A DNA stretch of 64,000 bases from Antedon mediterranea (Eukaryota; Animalia; Echinodermata). This document shows, one piece after another, positions 52,201 to 61,919 of this stretch. The position numbers and the translations under genes are program-made. The stretch is taken from positions 29,778,871 through 29,842,870 of the forward strand of contig NC_092676.1 in NCBI RefSeq assembly GCF_964355755.1. The letters are read 5' to 3'. Each line of letters starts with the position of its first letter. Position 1 is the first letter of the stretch. The notes beneath the pieces were generated by a model that saw nothing but the letters and a program-made list of their open reading frames with translations, was not told the origin of the DNA and searched no databases.

Positions 52201-53346
52201 CACTATCAAACAAGTTGGACAAACAAAGTGTGATGAGCCCAAATATGGTAGTAATATTCTTAAATATGGTAGTGATATGACATCATATTCATGGGCACAT
52301 CACATTTTTTTGTCACATAAAGTTTGATAGTGTATACAAGGTTTAAGCCGAAACTTACAGTATTTTCAGGTTCCTCTTTTAAAAAATACAAAAATTTGGG
52401 ATTGAAATGTTTCATTACAAACAACATATTATATGTGGTTCTAAGTACAATACTCACAGATACATGTTCAGGTTCTTCTTCTTCTTTCAGGGGAGTTGAC
52501 TGCTTCTTGGGTTTCAGCCATTTATTAGCACCTAAATTAAAATAATGGGATACAGCTGTTGTCAATCTATGCAATTCATTACCGGAGCAAGTAGTTTTGT
52601 TTCGTTTATTTTCCACTCATTTAAATGCATTCAAATAAACACATGTATACAGTGTTTAATATATGAGTGGATGGAGGTCACAAGTAGTATCTTCAAGATC
52701 AACTAATTAAAAAAGTCAGGTCTCGAACAGGCATGGACCAAACACCCTTTAAAATTTGCGCCGTATTCAAGATATGATGTCATTTTCAAGAAGGGCTTAT
52801 AGGCATAGCATAGCCTCGACTTGAGCTCCGGAAACAAGTAACAAATCAACTATGTACTCCTTTTAGACTGAGAGAAAGAAAGCTAAAACTCAGAATTAGT
52901 CTCATTTTTTCTTAACAACATTTTACCTATGGAGGTATCCTTATCATCATCTGTCATCCACCATGGAAGATCTTCTTTTACTTTAGACGAGTTGGCACGG
53001 TAACGTTCACCATCAAAAGATTCATCCGATACAGACTATATTATTAATTTAAAACATCTAAAATCTATATTATTGGATTTAATGTATATCCTGATAATAC
53101 ATAGTTTAATGTTATTATTTATTTTAATTGTATGTGTTTAGTCAAATAAAACAAAAAAATCACTGCAGGAAGGATTTAAAATGAAATCAAGATAAAATTA
53201 ATGTGTACATTTTTAATAGGCCTATTATTGTTTCTATATGTACATTTTTGTATAATAAAAATAATTTTCCAAACCTCTTGAAGGAATTTTTCAAAGGCAC
53301 TATCAAGTTCTTTCTTGGACCACTTTTGATTCTTCTTTCTCGACAT
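33996..53346 (-). CDS. CEP162: Centrosomal protein of 162 kDa (CEP162/QN1/KIAA1009) orthologue, whole spliced gene, 28 coding exons, about 1441 aa
   Basis: Hand-spliced GT-AG exons with consistent phases sum to 4326 nt. Motifs recognised from vertebrate CEP162: ELDSAFEKFLQE-SVSDESF, PWWMTDDD, RFFKELE..IDFGKLN, VKSSGYG, EQETLLQGYQQENERLY, LKWYAENQDLLDKD, RYPNSLPALIYAA, FRAELDSILDVLKELQRQGVV. Confidence 0.95.
34356..34408 (-). CDS. CEP162: CEP162 coding exon 27 (QMKHFEALQAKIIAMETR)
   Basis: 53 nt, phase 0 to 2. Confidence 0.9.
34994..35143 (-). CDS. CEP162: CEP162 coding exon 26 (...ELKEAKACHSP)
   Basis: 150 nt, gtgagt donor. Confidence 0.9.
35523..35747 (-). CDS. CEP162: CEP162 coding exon 25
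   Basis: 225 nt, phase 0. Confidence 0.9.
36275..36405 (-). CDS. CEP162: CEP162 coding exon 24 (YQPNNFAGLHISDVIQENEQL)
   Basis: 131 nt, phase 1 to 0. Confidence 0.9.
36497..36790 (+). mobile_element. 5'-truncated Penelope-like retroelement: GIY-YIG C-terminus plus pLTR
   Basis: CLIKEMLWIKEIKPTLNKQSDSIKAKLFI* resembles the E..I...P.LN end of PLE GIY-YIG endonucleases and is followed by a minimal hammerhead motif. Confidence 0.8.
36692..36732 (+). ncRNA. Minimal type I hammerhead ribozyme motif, U3-A8 core variant
   Basis: gatc-TTGAAAA-t-ggt(loop)acc-GAAA-cGTC-gatc. Confidence 0.65.
37700..38090 (-). CDS. CEP162: CEP162 coding exon 23 (IQYEDRIKQLE...)
   Basis: 391 nt, phase 0 to 1. Confidence 0.88.
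38219..38455 (-). CDS. CEP162: CEP162 coding exon 22 (RYPNSLPALIYAA)
   Basis: 237 nt, diagnostic CEP162 motif. Confidence 0.93.
38548..38631 (-). CDS. CEP162: CEP162 coding exon 21 (ERAADARRIQDLQRQ)
   Basis: 84 nt, conserved motif. Confidence 0.9.
39342..39476. mobile_element. MITE family A, full, with extended near-perfect inverted arms
   Basis: agctctgtctacactatcacactttatgtgacaaaa ... ttttgtcacataaagtgtgatagtgtagacagagct. Confidence 0.85.
39565..39726 (-). CDS. CEP162: CEP162 coding exon 20 (KLKWYAENQDLLDKD)
   Basis: 162 nt, conserved motif. Confidence 0.92.
39785..39850 (-). mobile_element. L2-like LINE/SINE 3' tail remnant
   Basis: Minus strand: tgtaaagtgtttaga...gctatataagact(att)n. 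Confidence 0.4.
40035..40184 (-). CDS. CEP162: CEP162 coding exon 19
   Basis: 150 nt open coiled-coil exon, tag / gtac. Confidence 0.88.
40444..40591 (-). CDS. CEP162: CEP162 coding exon 18
   Basis: 148 nt, phase 2 to 0. Confidence 0.88.
40736..40848 (-). CDS. CEP162: CEP162 coding exon 17 (ENERLYSEVK...LFKENQKL)
   Basis: 113 nt, phase 0 to 2. Confidence 0.92.
40959..41221. mobile_element. MITE family A, tandem dimer in CEP162 intron
   Basis: Two head-to-tail copies ending 15 nt from the exon 16 boundary. Confidence 0.8.
41237..41377 (-). CDS. CEP162: CEP162 coding exon 16 (EQETLLQGYQQ)
   Basis: 141 nt, conserved motif. Confidence 0.92.
41775..47323. repeat. 29-bp tandem satellite (TTCCCTTTTTTTAATGTTTCTTGCATGTA)n, about 190 copies, filling CEP162 intron 15
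   Basis: Directly visible, very homogeneous with a few recurrent single-base variants. Confidence 0.98.
47362..47619 (-). CDS. CEP162: CEP162 coding exon 15 (...LKQDNFVLQAK)
   Basis: 258 nt, coiled coil, phase 0. Confidence 0.9.
47812..47939 (-). CDS. CEP162: CEP162 coding exon 14 (LVESVQSFAHYIQDHF)
   Basis: 128 nt, phase 1 to 0. Confidence 0.8.
48094..48201 (-). CDS. CEP162: CEP162 coding exon 13 (GKYDNVKSSGYGQP)
   Basis: 108 nt, conserved SSGYG motif. Confidence 0.85.
48383..48440 (-). CDS. CEP162: CEP162 coding exon 12
   Basis: 58 nt, cag / gtaaag, phase 0 to 1. Confidence 0.8.
48530..49209 (-). CDS. CEP162: CEP162 coding exon 11 (large, contains 8 FSLQP-type repeats)
   Basis: 680 nt open exon, IEALHAAL motif, gtaagt donor, phase 1 to 0. 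Confidence 0.85.
49422..49541 (-). CDS. CEP162: CEP162 coding exon 10 (VALLDTGEST...)
   Basis: 120 nt, phase 1 to 1. Confidence 0.8.
49617..49835. repeat. 10-bp minisatellite (GAGTGAGTTT/CAGTGAGTTC)n in CEP162 intron
   Basis: Directly visible. Confidence 0.95.
49969..49993 (-). CDS. CEP162: CEP162 micro-exon 9 (KNPSMLSK)
   Basis: 25 nt, tag / gtaag, required to shift phase 0 to 1, joins to give MLSKVALLD. Confidence 0.8.
50195..50306 (-). CDS. CEP162: CEP162 coding exon 8
   Basis: 112 nt, cag / gtaagc, phase 2 to 0. Confidence 0.8.
50607..50802 (-). CDS. CEP162: CEP162 coding exon 7 (GPGAETLAEIADKERFFKELE...IDFGKLN)
   Basis: 196 nt, conserved block, phase 1 to 2. Confidence 0.9.
51183..51232 (-). 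CDS. CEP162: CEP162 coding exon 6 (DVLVSKSSLDESLTHT)
   Basis: 50 nt, phase 2 to 1, restores frame after exon 5. Confidence 0.7.
51336..51366 (-). CDS. CEP162: CEP162 small coding exon 5 (PYKSAIETKKS)
   Basis: 31 nt, polypyrimidine-tag acceptor, gttag donor, phase 1 to 2. Confidence 0.7.
51465..51885. repeat. 14/15-bp GC-rich minisatellite (AAGGTGCCTGGGCGT/AAGGTGTCTGGCAT)n in CEP162 intron 4
   Basis: Directly visible; explains the overlapping repetitive ORFs. Confidence 0.95.
51926..52010 (-). CDS. CEP162: CEP162 coding exon 4 (GEQKKFVKTG...SRDSLDE)
   Basis: 85 nt, cag acceptor, gtatg donor, phase 0 to 1. Confidence 0.85.
52190..52343. mobile_element. MITE family A, diverged
   Basis: Same internal motifs, decayed TIRs. 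Confidence 0.75.
52458..52531 (-). CDS. CEP162: CEP162 coding exon 3 (GANKWLKPKKQSTP...)
   Basis: 74 nt, ttag acceptor, gtgagt donor, phase 1 to 0. Confidence 0.85.
52927..53035 (-). CDS. CEP162: CEP162 coding exon 2 (SVSDESFDG...LPWWMTDDD)
   Basis: AG/GT bounded, 109 nt, phase 0 to 1, conserved PWW motif. Confidence 0.9.
53275..53346 (-). CDS. CEP162: CEP162 coding exon 1 (MSRKKNQKWSKKELDSAFEKFLQE)
   Basis: ATG at 53346, 72 nt, GT donor. A nearby upstream AG acceptor suggests a separate 5'UTR exon. Confidence 0.9.
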
Positions 53347-53769
53347 TTTCAGTAGTTGAGCTTCAATAAATTATTAATAAAAAGAGTTAAGTAGGCCTAC
53401 AATACAACATTTTTGCTTAATTAAATTAAATTTACATAATGGCTGCATCTACGCCTAGTTGTAGATACAATCTCCAGACTATAGTATATGAACACCATAT
53501 TGCCTCTTTGGCCCGATTGTCTCAATAGGCGTAGATAAAGCACAGGGATTGCATCTACGAATAGGAGTAGATGTAGGTAGTAGCGTAAAATTATAAATTA
53601 TAACAAATCTGTAATTTATTCCTGATATTTGATAATTAAATAATGTCCAATTGGCAATAAAATAAAAATCAATAAATTCAGTTTCAAATTGTATTCTTTT
53701 GACTTGACTAGCATATATGAGCAATATGAACACTGAACAGTGTGTTATATTATTATATAATACAGTTGC

Positions 53770-54250
53770 ATCTAGGGTAGGCCTACTACTGTATGTAGGC
53801 CTAGCTAGGCCTCTAGGCCTAGCTACTAATACTGTAAGTTGCAGATATCTAGGTACTAGTAACTAGGCCTAGCTACTAGGCGTGCGTGACCCAGTCACAG
53901 GCAAGCAGTTTGGCTGAACAGCACTTTCTGCAGATGAGAGCCCTACTAATATATACTAGGCTACTAGGCCTAGCCTATAGCTAGTAGGCTGGGCTTAGGC
54001 CTAGCCTACCATTTTCGGTTCTCTCGATAGCCTAAATATAATTATAGCCTAGGCCTATACCTAATTTAACTTCATTATAAAATATCAAAATACCTAAAAT
54101 GTATTTTGAATAGAATTACTTCTTTCCAGAATAAAATTTAAACTTCGCTCTCTTTCATCATTAAAATGTCATCAAAACAGTACGGTCAACTTTTCCATCA
54201 CTCTGTCAGTAGTGTTGCCAGCGATAACATTTAAATTATGCCGCCGTCGT
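53770..54250 (-). promoter_or_regulatory. Probable CEP162 promoter, 5'UTR exon and first-intron region with a TAGGCCTA/CTAG cluster
   Basis: About 7 TAGGCCTA palindromes in under 300 bp, candidate GT donor near 54119, upstream of the ATG exon's acceptor. Confidence 0.4.
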
Positions 54251-54900
54251 AGGGTGGTGTCTGATCATTTCGGCCGCCAGTCATTTCGGCCGCCGGTTAT
54301 GGAACGGCCAAAATCATGAAACGACAAAAAAGACAAAATATGTATTGTTCATTTCGGCCGCCAGAATCGTCAATATTGTTAATAACGTAGGCTATGGCAC
54401 GCCTTAAATTGCCAAAAAGGGTGTATACATGTGCCTATCGCCTGAATAGACGTGTGTAAATCACACAGCCAATTCATGACTTATGGAGGGATTATTTTAG
54501 TAGTTTTAACTAAAGTATTTCGGATTCCAGTATTTCTACATGACTTACTTTATTTCATAGTGGTTGTTGTGGGGGGGGGGGGGGAGGGTTGTATGGCCCA
54601 GGAAGAAGCCGGCGAATGATAGTAAAATATTGCTAGCGCAGCTCCATATAAATCAAAATGTGTGAACTATGATCGTTTTTGTTGATTGCTTGCTGTTTGA
54701 ATACGCACGTCTATACAGGCAATAGGCACATGTATACGTACACCCTTTTTGACAATTAAGGCGTTCCATACATTAACAATTGACAATTTTGGCGGCCGAA
54801 AAAAACAATACATATTTTGTCCTTTTTGGCGTTTCATGATTTTGGGCGTTCCATAACCGGCGGCCAAAATGACTGGCGGCCGATATGCACTGTGACCCGT
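54250..54900. mobile_element. Foldback/MITE-like DNA element with roughly 210-bp diverged inverted arms
   Basis: 54266-54478 is the reverse complement of about 54680-54886, with repeated catttcggccgcc motifs and a poly-G in the spacer. Confidence 0.75.
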
Positions 54901-57900
54901 AGGCCTATTTATAGTGGCGTCTAGACGTACTGTTATAGTGGCGTCTAGACGTACTGTTATAGTGGCGTCTAGACGTACTGTTATAGTGGCGTCTAGAAGT
55001 ACTGTTATAGTGGCGTCTAGACGTACTGTTATAGTGGCGTCTAGACGTACTGTTATAGTGGCGTCTAGACGTACTGTTATAGTGGCGTCTAGACGTACTG
55101 TTATAGTGGCATCTAGACGTACTGTTATAGTGGCGTCTTGACGTACTGTTATAGTGGCGTCTAGACGTACTGTTATAGTGGCGTCTAGACGTACTGTTAT
55201 AGTGGCGTCTAGACGTACTGTTATAGTGGCGTCTAGAGGTACTGTTATAGTGGCGTCTAGACGTACTGTTATAGTGACGTCTAGACGTATTAATATTATT
55301 ATAGTGACGTCTAGACGTATTGTTATAGTAACGTCTAGACGTATTGTTATATTGACGTCTAGACGTACTGTTATAGTGACGTCTAGACTTACTGTTAATA
55401 GTGACATTTAGACGTCTGTTATAGTGACGTCTAGACGTACTGCTATAGTGACGTCTAGACGTACTGCTATAGTGACGTCTAGACGTACTGCTATGGTGAC
55501 GTCTAGACGTACTGCTATGGTGACGTCTAGACGTACTGCTATAGTGGCGTCTAGACGTACTGCTATAGTGGCGTCTAGAAGTACTGTTATAGTGGCGTCT
55601 AGACGTACTGTTATAGTGGCGTCTAGACGAACTGTTATAGTGGAGTCTAGACATACTGTTATAGTGGCGTCTAGACGTACTGTTATAGTGGCGTCTAGAC
55701 GTACTGTTATAGTGGCGTCTAGACGTACTGTTATAGTGACGTCTAGACGTATTAATATTATTATAGTGACGTCTAGACGTATTGTTATAGTGACGTCTAG
55801 ACGTACTGTTTATAGTGACGTCTAGACTTACTGTTATAGTGACATCTAGAGGTGTCTAGACGTACTGCTATAGTGGCGTCTAGACGTACTGCTATAGTGG
55901 CGTCTTGACGTACTGCTATAGGGCGTCTAGACGTACTGCTATAGTGGCGTCTTGACGTACTGCTATAGTGGCGTCTAGACGTACTGTTATAGTGGCGTCT
56001 AGACGTACTGGTATAGTGGCGTCTAGACGTACTGGTATAGTGGCGTCTAGACGTACTGTTATAGTGGCGTCTAGACGTAGTGTTATAGTGGCGTCTAGAC
56101 GTAGTGTTATAGTGGCGTCTAGACGTACTTTTATAGTGGCGTCTAGACGTACTGTTATAGTGGCGTCTAGACGTACTGTTATAGTGGCGTCTAGACGTAC
56201 TGTTATAGTGGCGTCTAGAAGTACTGTTATAGTGGCGTCTAGACGTACTGTTATAGTGGCGTCTAGACGTACTGTTATAGTGGCGTCTAGACGTACTGTT
56301 ATAGTGGCGTCTAGACGTACTGTTATAGTGGCATCTAGACGTACTGTTATAGTGGCATCTTGACGTACTGTTATAGTGGCGTCTAGACGTACTGTTATAG
56401 TGGCGTCTAGACGTACTGTTATAGTGGCGTCTAGACGTACTGTTATAGTGGCGTCTAGAGGTACTGTTATAGTGGCGTCTAGACGTACTGTTATAGTGAC
56501 GTCTAGACGTATTAATATTATTATAGTGACGTCTAGACGTATTGTTATAGTAACGTCTAGACGTATTGTTATATTGACGTCTAGACGTACTGTTATAGTG
56601 ACGTCTAGACTTACTGTTAATAGTGACATCTAGACGTCTGTTATAGTGACGTCTAGACGTACTGCTATAGTGACGTCTAGACGTACTGCTATAGTGACGT
56701 CTAGACGTACTGCTATGGTGACGTCTAGACGTACTGCTATGGTGACGTCTAGACGTACTTCTATAGTGGCGTCTATGACGTACTGCTATAGTGGCGTCTA
56801 GAAGTACTGTTATAGTGGCGTCTAGACGTACTGTTATAGTGGCGTCTAGACGAACTGTTATAGTGGAGTCTAGACATACTGTTATAGTGGCGTCTAGACG
56901 TACTGTTATAGTGGCGTCTAGACGTACTGTTATAGTGCCGTCTAGACGTATTGTTATAGTGACGTCTAGACCTATTGTTATAGTGAGGTCTAGACGTATT
57001 GTTATAGTGACGTCTAGACGTATTGTTATAGTGACGTCTAGACGTATTGTTATAGTGACGTCTAGACGTATTATTATAGTGACGTCTAGACGTATTGTTA
57101 TAGTAACGTCTAGACGTACTGTTATAGTGACGTCTAGACGTACTGTTATAGTGACGTCTAGACGTACTGTTATAGTGACGTCTAGACGTACTGTTATAGT
57201 GGCGTCTAGACGTACTGTTATAGTGGCGTCTAGACGTACTGTTATAGTGGCGTCTAGAGGTACTGTTATAGTGGCGTCTAGACGTACTGTTATAGTGACG
57301 TCTAGACGTATTAATATTATTATAGTGACGTCTAGACGTATTGTTATAGTGACGTCTAGACGTACTGTTTATAGTGACGTCTAGACTTACTGTTATAGTG
57401 ACATCTAGACGTACTGTTATAGTGACGTCTAGACGTACTGCTATAGTGACGTCTAGACGTACTGCTATAGTGACGTCTAGACGTACTGCTATAGTGACGT
57501 CTAGACGTACTGCTATGGTGACGTCTAGACGTACTGCTATAGTGCCGTCTAGACGTACTGCTATAGTGGCGTCTAGATGTACTGCTATAGTGGCGTCTAG
57601 ACGTACTGCTATAGTGGCGTCTAGACGTACTGCTATAGTGGCGTCTTGACGTACTGCTATAGGGCGTCTAGACGTACTGCTATAGTGGCGTCTTGACGTA
57701 CTGCTATAGTGGCGTCTAGACGTACTGTTATAGTGGCGTCTAGACGTACTGGTATAGTGGCGTCTAGACGTACTGGTATAGTGGCGTCTAGACGTACTGT
57801 TATAGTGGCGTCTTGACGTAGTGTTATAGTGGCGTCTAGACGTAGTGTTATAGTGGCGTCTAGACGTACTTTTATAGTGGCGTCTAGACGTAGTGTTATA

Positions 57901-57969
57901 GTGACGTCTAGACGTACTGTTATAGTGACGTCTAGACGTACTGTTATAGTGATGTCTAGACGTACTGTT

Positions 57970-58150
57970 ATAATAATAATAATAAGATTCTTATAGCGCA
58001 CATACCACTCCAGAGTGCTCAAGGCGCATTTAAAAATAAAAAAGAAATAAATCATACAAATTCCTGACAAATAAAATGCAATTTCTTTGGAGGGTCCCCA
58101 TCCGTTGTCGTTCTATCGCGGTCCCGGACCCCAACCCTACCTACGTCTAG
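57970..58150 (-). mobile_element. Insert in satellite, copy 1: L2/CR1-type LINE or SINE 3' tail plus unique and seed sequence
   Basis: Minus strand reads gcgccttgagcactctggagtggtatgtgcgctataagaatc(tta)n, a typical L2-like stem-loop plus trinucleotide tail. Confidence 0.6.
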
Positions 58151-58967
58151 GCGTACTGTTATAGTGACGTTTAGACGTACTGCTATAGTGACTGCTATAG
58201 TGGCGTCTAGACGTACTGCTATAGTGGCGTCTAGACGTACTGCTGTAGTGGCGTCTAGACGTACTGCTGTAGTGGCGTCTAGACGTACTGCTGTAGTGGC
58301 GTCTAGACGTACTGTTGTAGTGGCGTCTAGACGTACCGTTGTAGTGACGTCTAGACGTACCGTTGTAGTGACGTCTAGACGTACCGTTGTAGTGACGTCT
58401 AGACGTACTGTTGTTATAGTGACGTCTAGACGTATTATTATAGTGAAGTCTAGACGTATTATTATAGTGACGTCTAGACGTATTATTATAGTAACGTCTA
58501 GACGTATTGTTATAGTGAGGTCTAGACGTATTGTTATAGTGACTTCTAGACGTATTGTTATAGTGACGTCTAGACGTATTGTTATAGTGATGTCTAGACG
58601 TATTGTTATAGTGACGTCTAGACGTATTGTTATAGTGACGTCTAGACGTATTGTTATAGTGACGTCTAGACGTATTGTTATAGTGACGTCTAGACGTATT
58701 ACTATTATTATAGTGACGTCTAGACGTACTGTTATAGTGACGTCTAGACGTACTGTTATAGTGACGTCTAGACGTACTGTTATATTGAAGTCTAGACGTA
58801 CTGTTATAGTGACGTCTAGACGTATTGTTATAGTGACGTCTAGACGTATTATTATAGTGACGTCTAGACGTATTGTTATACAGTAGTGAAGTCTAGACGT
58901 ATTGTTATAGTGACGTCTAGACGTATTGTTATAGTGACGTCTAGACGTATTTTGTTATAGTGACTGT

Positions 58968-59150
58968 TATAATAATAATAATAAGATTCTTATAGCGCAC
59001 ATACCACTCCAGAGTGCTCAAGGCGCATTTAAAAATAAAAAAGAAATAAATCATACAAATTCCTGACAAATAAAATGCAATTTCTTTGGAGGGTCCCCAT
59101 CCGTTGTCGTTCTATCGCGGTCCCGGACCCCAACCCTACCTACGTCTAGG
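58968..59150 (-). mobile_element. Insert in satellite, copy 2 (identical to 57970-58150)
   Basis: Same sequence 999 bp downstream. Confidence 0.6.
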
Positions 59151-61919
59151 CGTACTGTTATAGTGACGTCTAGACGTACTGCTATAGTGACGTCTAGACG
59201 TACTGCTATAGTGACGTCTAGACGTACTGCTATAGTGGCGTCTAGACGTACTGCTATAGTGGCGTCTAGACGTACTGCTATAGTGGCGTCTAGACGTACT
59301 GCTGTAGTGGCGTCTAGACGTACTGCTGTAGTGGCGTCTAGACGTACTGCTGTAGTGGCGTCTAGACGTACTGTTGTAGTGGCGTCTAGACGTACCGTTG
59401 TAGTGACGTCTAGACGTACCGTTGTAGTGACGTCTAGACGTACCGTTGTAGTGACGTCTAGACGTACCGTTGTAGTGACGTCTAGACGTACTGTTGTTAT
59501 AGTGACGTCTAGACGTACCGTTGTAGTGACGTCTAGACGTACCGTTGTAGTGACGTCTAGACGTACCGTTGTAGTGACGTCTAGACGTACTGTTGTTATA
59601 GTGACGTCTAGACGTACCGTTGTAGTGACGTCTAGACGTACCGTTGTAGTGACGTCTAGACGTACCGTTGTAGTGACGTCTAGACGTACCGTTGTAGTGA
59701 CATCCAGACGTACCGTTATAGTGACGTCTAGACGTACCGCTATAGTGACGTCTAGACGTACTGCTATAGTGACGTCTAGACGTACTGCTATAGTGACGTC
59801 TAGACGTACTGCTATAGTGGCGTCTAGACGTACTGCTATAGTGGCGTCTAGACGTACTGCTATATAGTGGCGTCTAGACGTACTGTTGTAGTGACGTCTA
59901 GACGTACCGTTGTAGTGACGTCTAGACGTACCGTTGTAGTGATGTCTAGACGTACTGTTGTTATAGTGACGTCTAGACGTACCGTTGTAGTGACGTCTAG
60001 ACGTACCGTTGTAGTGACGTCTAGGCGTACCGTTGTAGTGACGTCTAGACGTACCGTTGTAGTGATGTCTAGACGTACCGTTGTAGTGACGTCTAGACGT
60101 ACCGTTGTAGTGACGTCTAGACATATTATTATGGTGATGTCTAGACGTATTATTATAGTGACGTCTAGACGTATTATTATAGTGACGTCTAGACGTATTA
60201 TTATAGTGACGTCTAGACGTATTATTATAGTAACGTCTAGACGTATTGTTATAGTGAGGTCTAGACGTATTGTTATAGTGACTTCTAGACGTATTGTTAT
60301 AGTGACGTCTAGACGTATTGTTATAGTGATGTCTAGACGTATTGTTATAGTGACGTCTAGACGTATTGTTATAGTGACGTCTAGACGTATTGTTATAGTG
60401 ACGTCTAGACGTATTACTATTATTATAGTGACGTCTAGACGTACTGTTATAGTGACGTCTAGACGTACTGTTATAGTGACGTCTAGACGTACTGTTATAT
60501 TGAAGTCTAGACGTACTGTTATAGTGACGTCTAGACGTATTGTTATAGTGACGTCTAGACGTATTATTATAGTGACGTCTAGACGTATTGTTATACAGTA
60601 GTGAAGTCTAGACGTATTGTTATAGTGACGTCTAGACGTATTGTTATAGTGACGTCTAGACGTATTTTGTTATAGTGACGTCTAGATGTACTGTTATAGT
60701 GACGTCTAAACGTACTGTTATAGTGACGTCTAGACGTACTGTTATAGTGACGTCTAGACGTACTGTTATAGTGACGTCTAGACATATTACTATTATTATA
60801 GTGACGTCTAGACGTATTGTTATAGTGACGTCTAGACGTATTGTTATAGTGACGTCTAGACGTATTATTATAGTGACGTCTAGACGTATTGTTATAGTGA
60901 GGTCTAGACGTATTGTTATAGTGACGTCTAGACGTATTGTTATAGTGACGTCTAGACGTACTGTTATAGTGACGTCTAGACGTACTGTAATATTGAAGTC
61001 TAGACGTACTGTTATAGTGACGTATTGTTATAGTGACGTCTAGACGTATTATTATTGTGACGTCTAGACGTATTGTTATACTGTAGTGAGGTCTAGACGT
61101 ATTGTTATAGTGACGTCTAGACGTATTGTTATAGTGACGTCTAGACGTATTGTTATAGTGACGTCTAGACGTACTGTTATAGTGACGTCTAGACGTACTG
61201 TTATAGTGACGTCTAGACGTACTGTTATAGTGACGTCTAGACGTACTGTTATAGTGACGTCTAGACGTACTGTTATAGTGACGTCTAGACGTACTGTTAT
61301 AGTGACGTCTAGACGTACTGTTATAGTGACGTCTAGACGTATTACTATTATTATAGTGACGTCTAGACGTATTGTTATAGTGACGTCTAGACGTATTGTT
61401 ATAGTGACGTCTAGACCTATTGTTATAGTGAGGTCTAGACGTATTGTTATAGTGACGTCTAGACGTATTGTTATAGTGACGTCTAGACGTATTGTTATAG
61501 TGACGTCTAGACGTATTATTATAGTGACGTCTAGACGTATTGTTATAGTAACGTCTAGACGTACTGTTATAGTGACGTCTAGACGTACTGTTATAGTGAC
61601 GTCTAGACGTACTGTTATAGTGACGTCTAGACGTACTGTTATAGTGGCGTCTAGACGTACTGTTATAGTGGCGTCTAGACGTACTGTTATAGTGGCGTCT
61701 AGACGTACTGTTATAGTGGTGTCTAGACGTACTGTTATTTAAAATTATAAAATGCGAACAATCAAATCAAAGTGCTCTAGTAACTATCGGTTGGCTTTTC
61801 TCAGTTATATTAGCTGGGGTTCGAATCTGTATGCATTTAAAAAAATAAATATATAATTTTTTTCTTTTATTTTTAAAGAGAGATATTTAGAGTCAAAATA
61901 ATTTAGGATAATAAATGTA

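Larger units (their letters stand above)
54908..61738. repeat. 24-bp satellite (ATAGTGRCGTCTAGACGTAYTGTT)n with higher-order repeats and two identical non-satellite inserts
   Basis: Directly visible. Variant blocks recur at 1222 bp and the inserts recur at 999 bp. Confidence 0.98.

Noticed and set aside
54908-61738. CRISPR-like array of palindromic repeats
   Set aside because: Units are contiguous with no unique spacers, there are no cas genes, and the context is eukaryotic
54667-61742. Long ORFs with VRLDATIT, SRRHYNST and VASRRTVI repeats
   Set aside because: Translation artefacts of a 24-bp satellite that lacks stops in several frames on both strands; no splice or codon evidence
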